Positions 46,982 to 49,749 of a stretch of DNA of 49,749 nucleotides are shown here, piece after piece. This stretch comes from Octopus bimaculoides. Taxonomy: Eukaryota. The stretch's first letter is position 1. The number at the start of each line of letters is the position of its first letter. The stretch spans positions 61,701,494 through 61,751,242 of the forward strand of contig NC_068982.1 of assembly GCF_001194135.2 (NCBI RefSeq), in the 5' to 3' direction. Under the pieces are notes generated by a model. That model was not told where the DNA came from. It worked only from the letters and a program-made list of their open reading frames with translations, and searched no databases. The translations under genes were made by a program, and so were the position numbers.

Positions 46982-47135
46982 GACAAGCTTCTTTCAGTTT
47001 CCGCCTACTAAATCTACTCACAAGACTTTGGTCAGCCCAAGGCTATAGTAGAAGACACTTGCCCAAGGTGCCATGTAGTGGGACTGAACCTGGATCTATG
47101 TGGTTGGGAAGTAAGCTTCTTCCCACACAACCATG
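46600..47135 (-). mobile_element. SINE family C, full length, with internal (CA/TA)n
   Basis: Tail 46600-46830, microsatellite 46830-46980, head 46981-47135. Confidence 0.85.
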
Positions 47136-47487
47136 TTGGTTTAAATGCTAAAGTGTTAATAGTAGCATAACAGTTGATTCTGGCCATATACAGAGCCATT
47201 CTCCAAGACAGAGTCCACTATTACAAATACCATCAGTGACATATTTACCTCTCTGCTGTAACAGTTTTGCATATGTTATCTGTTCTAAGTGATATATGAC
47301 AGTTTCCTAAATGCTTGCATAATTTCTTCTGAAGTGATTTCAGATTCCTACTATATGTTAAAAGAAACTTCCTTGATCATTTTAGCAATTTACTATCCAC
47401 TTCTGTTTTGTGGCCCTAAAGTCCTTCACAGTAGCCTCTGTCTATTAATTTACTTACTAAGTTTGGTTAGTTAGTTGCTGTATTTAT

Positions 47488-48788
47488 CAAACCTAGGCAC
47501 CAATAACATTCTTATTAATGATTTAACTTTTAAGCTAACTTTGGAAATCATTATTGGACTAATTAATTTCCATTACATTTAACTTCCATTAACTGAAGTC
47601 CACTTGAATTAATTTCTGTTAACTCAAGTTCCTGTGATGATCTTTAGACTCAAGGACTTGAAGTCCAAGGGCCTCGTCTACTGCAACCCCTTGGTTGATG
47701 CACTTTTGGCAGGCATTGACAAAAGGTTTAGGTCCCTCCTGGAGGATGTGGAATACCAGCTGGCTGCTGCCTTCTACCCCAGGTTTTGCCTCATTTGGTT
47801 GGATAAATATGAAAACACCAAGGTCGCCAAGGTGAGGAAAAGCATGGAGGGTAAGGTCGAGGAGGTCATAAGGCAGCATTCTGATGAAGTGAGCAGCAAC
47901 AGTGAAGGCAGCAAAAACGAAGAGGAGGATGACATCTTCAGTGGTGTCACTCAGCCAAAACAGAGCAGTAGAAGCCACAGGTTACTCGAGGACAAGGCCC
48001 AGAATTTGGTCAAGACCTGGCTGGAGACCAACTTCAAGGACTTACTGACAGATACTGCCTTCTTGGGTGAGCAAGTGTTGGTGGACTTGTTCATCAAGTT
48101 CAACACTGTCATCCCTACCAGTGCTGCAGTGGAGCATTTATTCTTTATGGGCAAGGACATCTTGAGGGCCAAGAGATCATCCCTGTCTGATGAAAACTTT
48201 GGTATACTAATTTTCATGATGGGCAACATGCATCTCATGAACAAAATGGAGAACAAAAAGAGGAGGAACTAAATTATGTATATATTGTGTTTTTCATCTT
48301 TTTATTTTTATTTTTTTTATGGCCACTTTATCAATAAACTTTTTAGTTTAATACTAATATTGTGTTTCATTTGAGCTTTTTTTTTTTTTTTTTTTTTTNN
48401 NNNNNNNNNNNNNNNNNNNNNNNNNNNNNNNNNNNNNNNNNNNNNNNNNNNNNNNNNNNNNNNNNNNNNNNNNNNNNNNNNNNNNNNNNNNNNAAAAAAA
48501 AAAAAAAAAAAAAAAAAAATCTATAGTTTTTGGGTTCTAAAGATCTTAGAAAGGAAAAAAAAGGCTGGTTTTATAGTTTTGGCACCTTTTAAAGGTGTTT
48601 TTAGGTTGTTTTAGAGTAAAAACTGATTTTTGTTTTTTACTACAATAAAAATTAACGTTAGTGGTTTATTGATAACTTCTGTTACATTTTTGAAGAATTA
48701 ACTGATTAACGGTTATTGAAGTGAACTTTTTGGTTGATGGATTAACAGTTAATGAAGTTAACTTTTTAATTACTGGTGCTCACCTTTG
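47488..48788 (+). mobile_element. hAT-superfamily deletion derivative with both TIRs, 8-bp TSD and an open 3' piece of the transposase (47634-48272)
   Basis: C-terminal dimerisation motif LFIKFNTVIPTSAAVEHLFFMGKDILRAKRSSLSDENF; TIRs CAAACCTAGGCACCAATAA and reverse complement CAAAGGTGAGCACCAGTAA (14/19); TSD GTATTTAT / GCATTTAT. Confidence 0.85.
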
Positions 48789-48879
48789 GCATTTATCTTC
48801 AATAATGCTGAACTTTATGAGCGAGATGACAGAGGACTGAGACATGTGGTGCATAGCTCTACTTGAGAAAACCCACCCA

Positions 48880-49160
48880 CCACAACAAAATCGAGATTCT
48901 AAAACCAAGGTGCCATGTAAAAAGCTTTGGTGTGGGTACTGGTGCTATGTAAAACACACTAGTGCTAGTGCCATATAAAAAGCACTGGTGATGGTACCAT
49001 GTAAAAAAGCACACAGTACACTCTGTGGAGTGGTTGGCATTAGAAACCAAGCCAAAACAAACTATGGAACCTGGTGCAGGCCCTGGCCTTGCCAGTTCCT
49101 GTCAAGCCATCCAAAGCATGCCAGCATGGAAAACTGATGTTAATTGTTGATGATGATGAA
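48880..49160 (+). mobile_element. Older RTE-type 3' terminus with shorter (about 27-33 bp) tandem units
   Basis: GTGCCATGTAAAAAGC-type motif repeated four times, then GGAGTGGTTGGCATTAG...CATGCCAGCATGGAAAA..(ATG)n. Confidence 0.7.
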
Positions 49161-49425
49161 CTTGCTATTTAGATACCTACTTTTTGATAATTAATGATTT
49201 ATGGTACTCACTATGAGAAGAAGGTTGGCAAGTATTCAGTTGAGTAATTCATTACATAATACATATGTAGTTTGAATCCCATCAATGAGTATATCTCAGA
49301 CTAATACTATATTTGTTAAGATTTGAGCTTCATTTTCATTTTTGCAAAGTTTAGGTCTTCCTTCAGTTTCAAGTGATTTAGGTTTAGCTATCTTTTCCAT
49401 TTCCTAAATGAATGATATTAATAGC

Positions 49426-49456
<31 letters not shown>

Positions 49457-49489
49457 TTTTTTAAATTTCTTTATTGCCCACAGAGGGAT

Positions 49490-49749
49490 AAACAAGGATA
49501 GGCAAAAGGGATTCAGTTGATTACATCAATCCCAGTGCATAACTGGTACTGATTTAATTGACCCCAAAAGGATGAAAGGCAAAGTTGACCTTGGAGGATT
49601 TTGAACTTAGAGCGTAAAGATGGATGAAATGCCACTAAGTATTTTGCCTGATATGATAACACTTCTGCCAGCATGCCGTCTTATAATGAAAATGATAAAA
49701 TAATAATAATAATAACAATAATAATAATCATAATAATAATGGTTTCAAA
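49490..49749 (-). mobile_element. SINE family B (49490-49680) and the (ATT)n tail of a further copy at the window edge
   Basis: GATGAAAGGCAAAGTTGACC central domain, TTTTGAACTTAG B box, CTTCTGCCAGC head; window ends (AAT)n-GGTTTCAAA. Confidence 0.8.

Overview
AT-rich eukaryotic DNA made almost entirely of transposon remnants and microsatellites, with short N-gaps that usually sit in simple repeats. The SINE/LINE families look like those of a coleoid cephalopod, most likely Octopus (inferred from memory of the repeats, not from a search). No intact host protein gene, tRNA, rRNA or CRISPR array is supported; the window is intergenic or deep intronic, with at most one candidate 45-nt micro-exon. 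It contains several decayed R4/Dong-clade LINEs (N-terminal, RT and restriction-like endonuclease pieces), RTE LINE 3' ends with a 66-bp tandem array in the 3' UTR, L1/Tx1-like fragments, three Penelope-like element (PLE) fragments, at least three tRNA-headed SINE families, and mariner, Tigger/pogo, hAT and probable piggyBac DNA-transposon derivatives. The most notable signal missed by the ORF track is a set of minimal type I hammerhead-ribozyme motifs at 7 loci. One is fully canonical and lies just downstream of a PLE endonuclease stop codon. Two, in unrelated sequence contexts, share the same non-canonical CCGATGA core. One lies in a small element with a Pol III B-box. Three loci are inverted duplications of the kind PLE insertion produces. 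All ribozyme calls are by-eye folds and untested.
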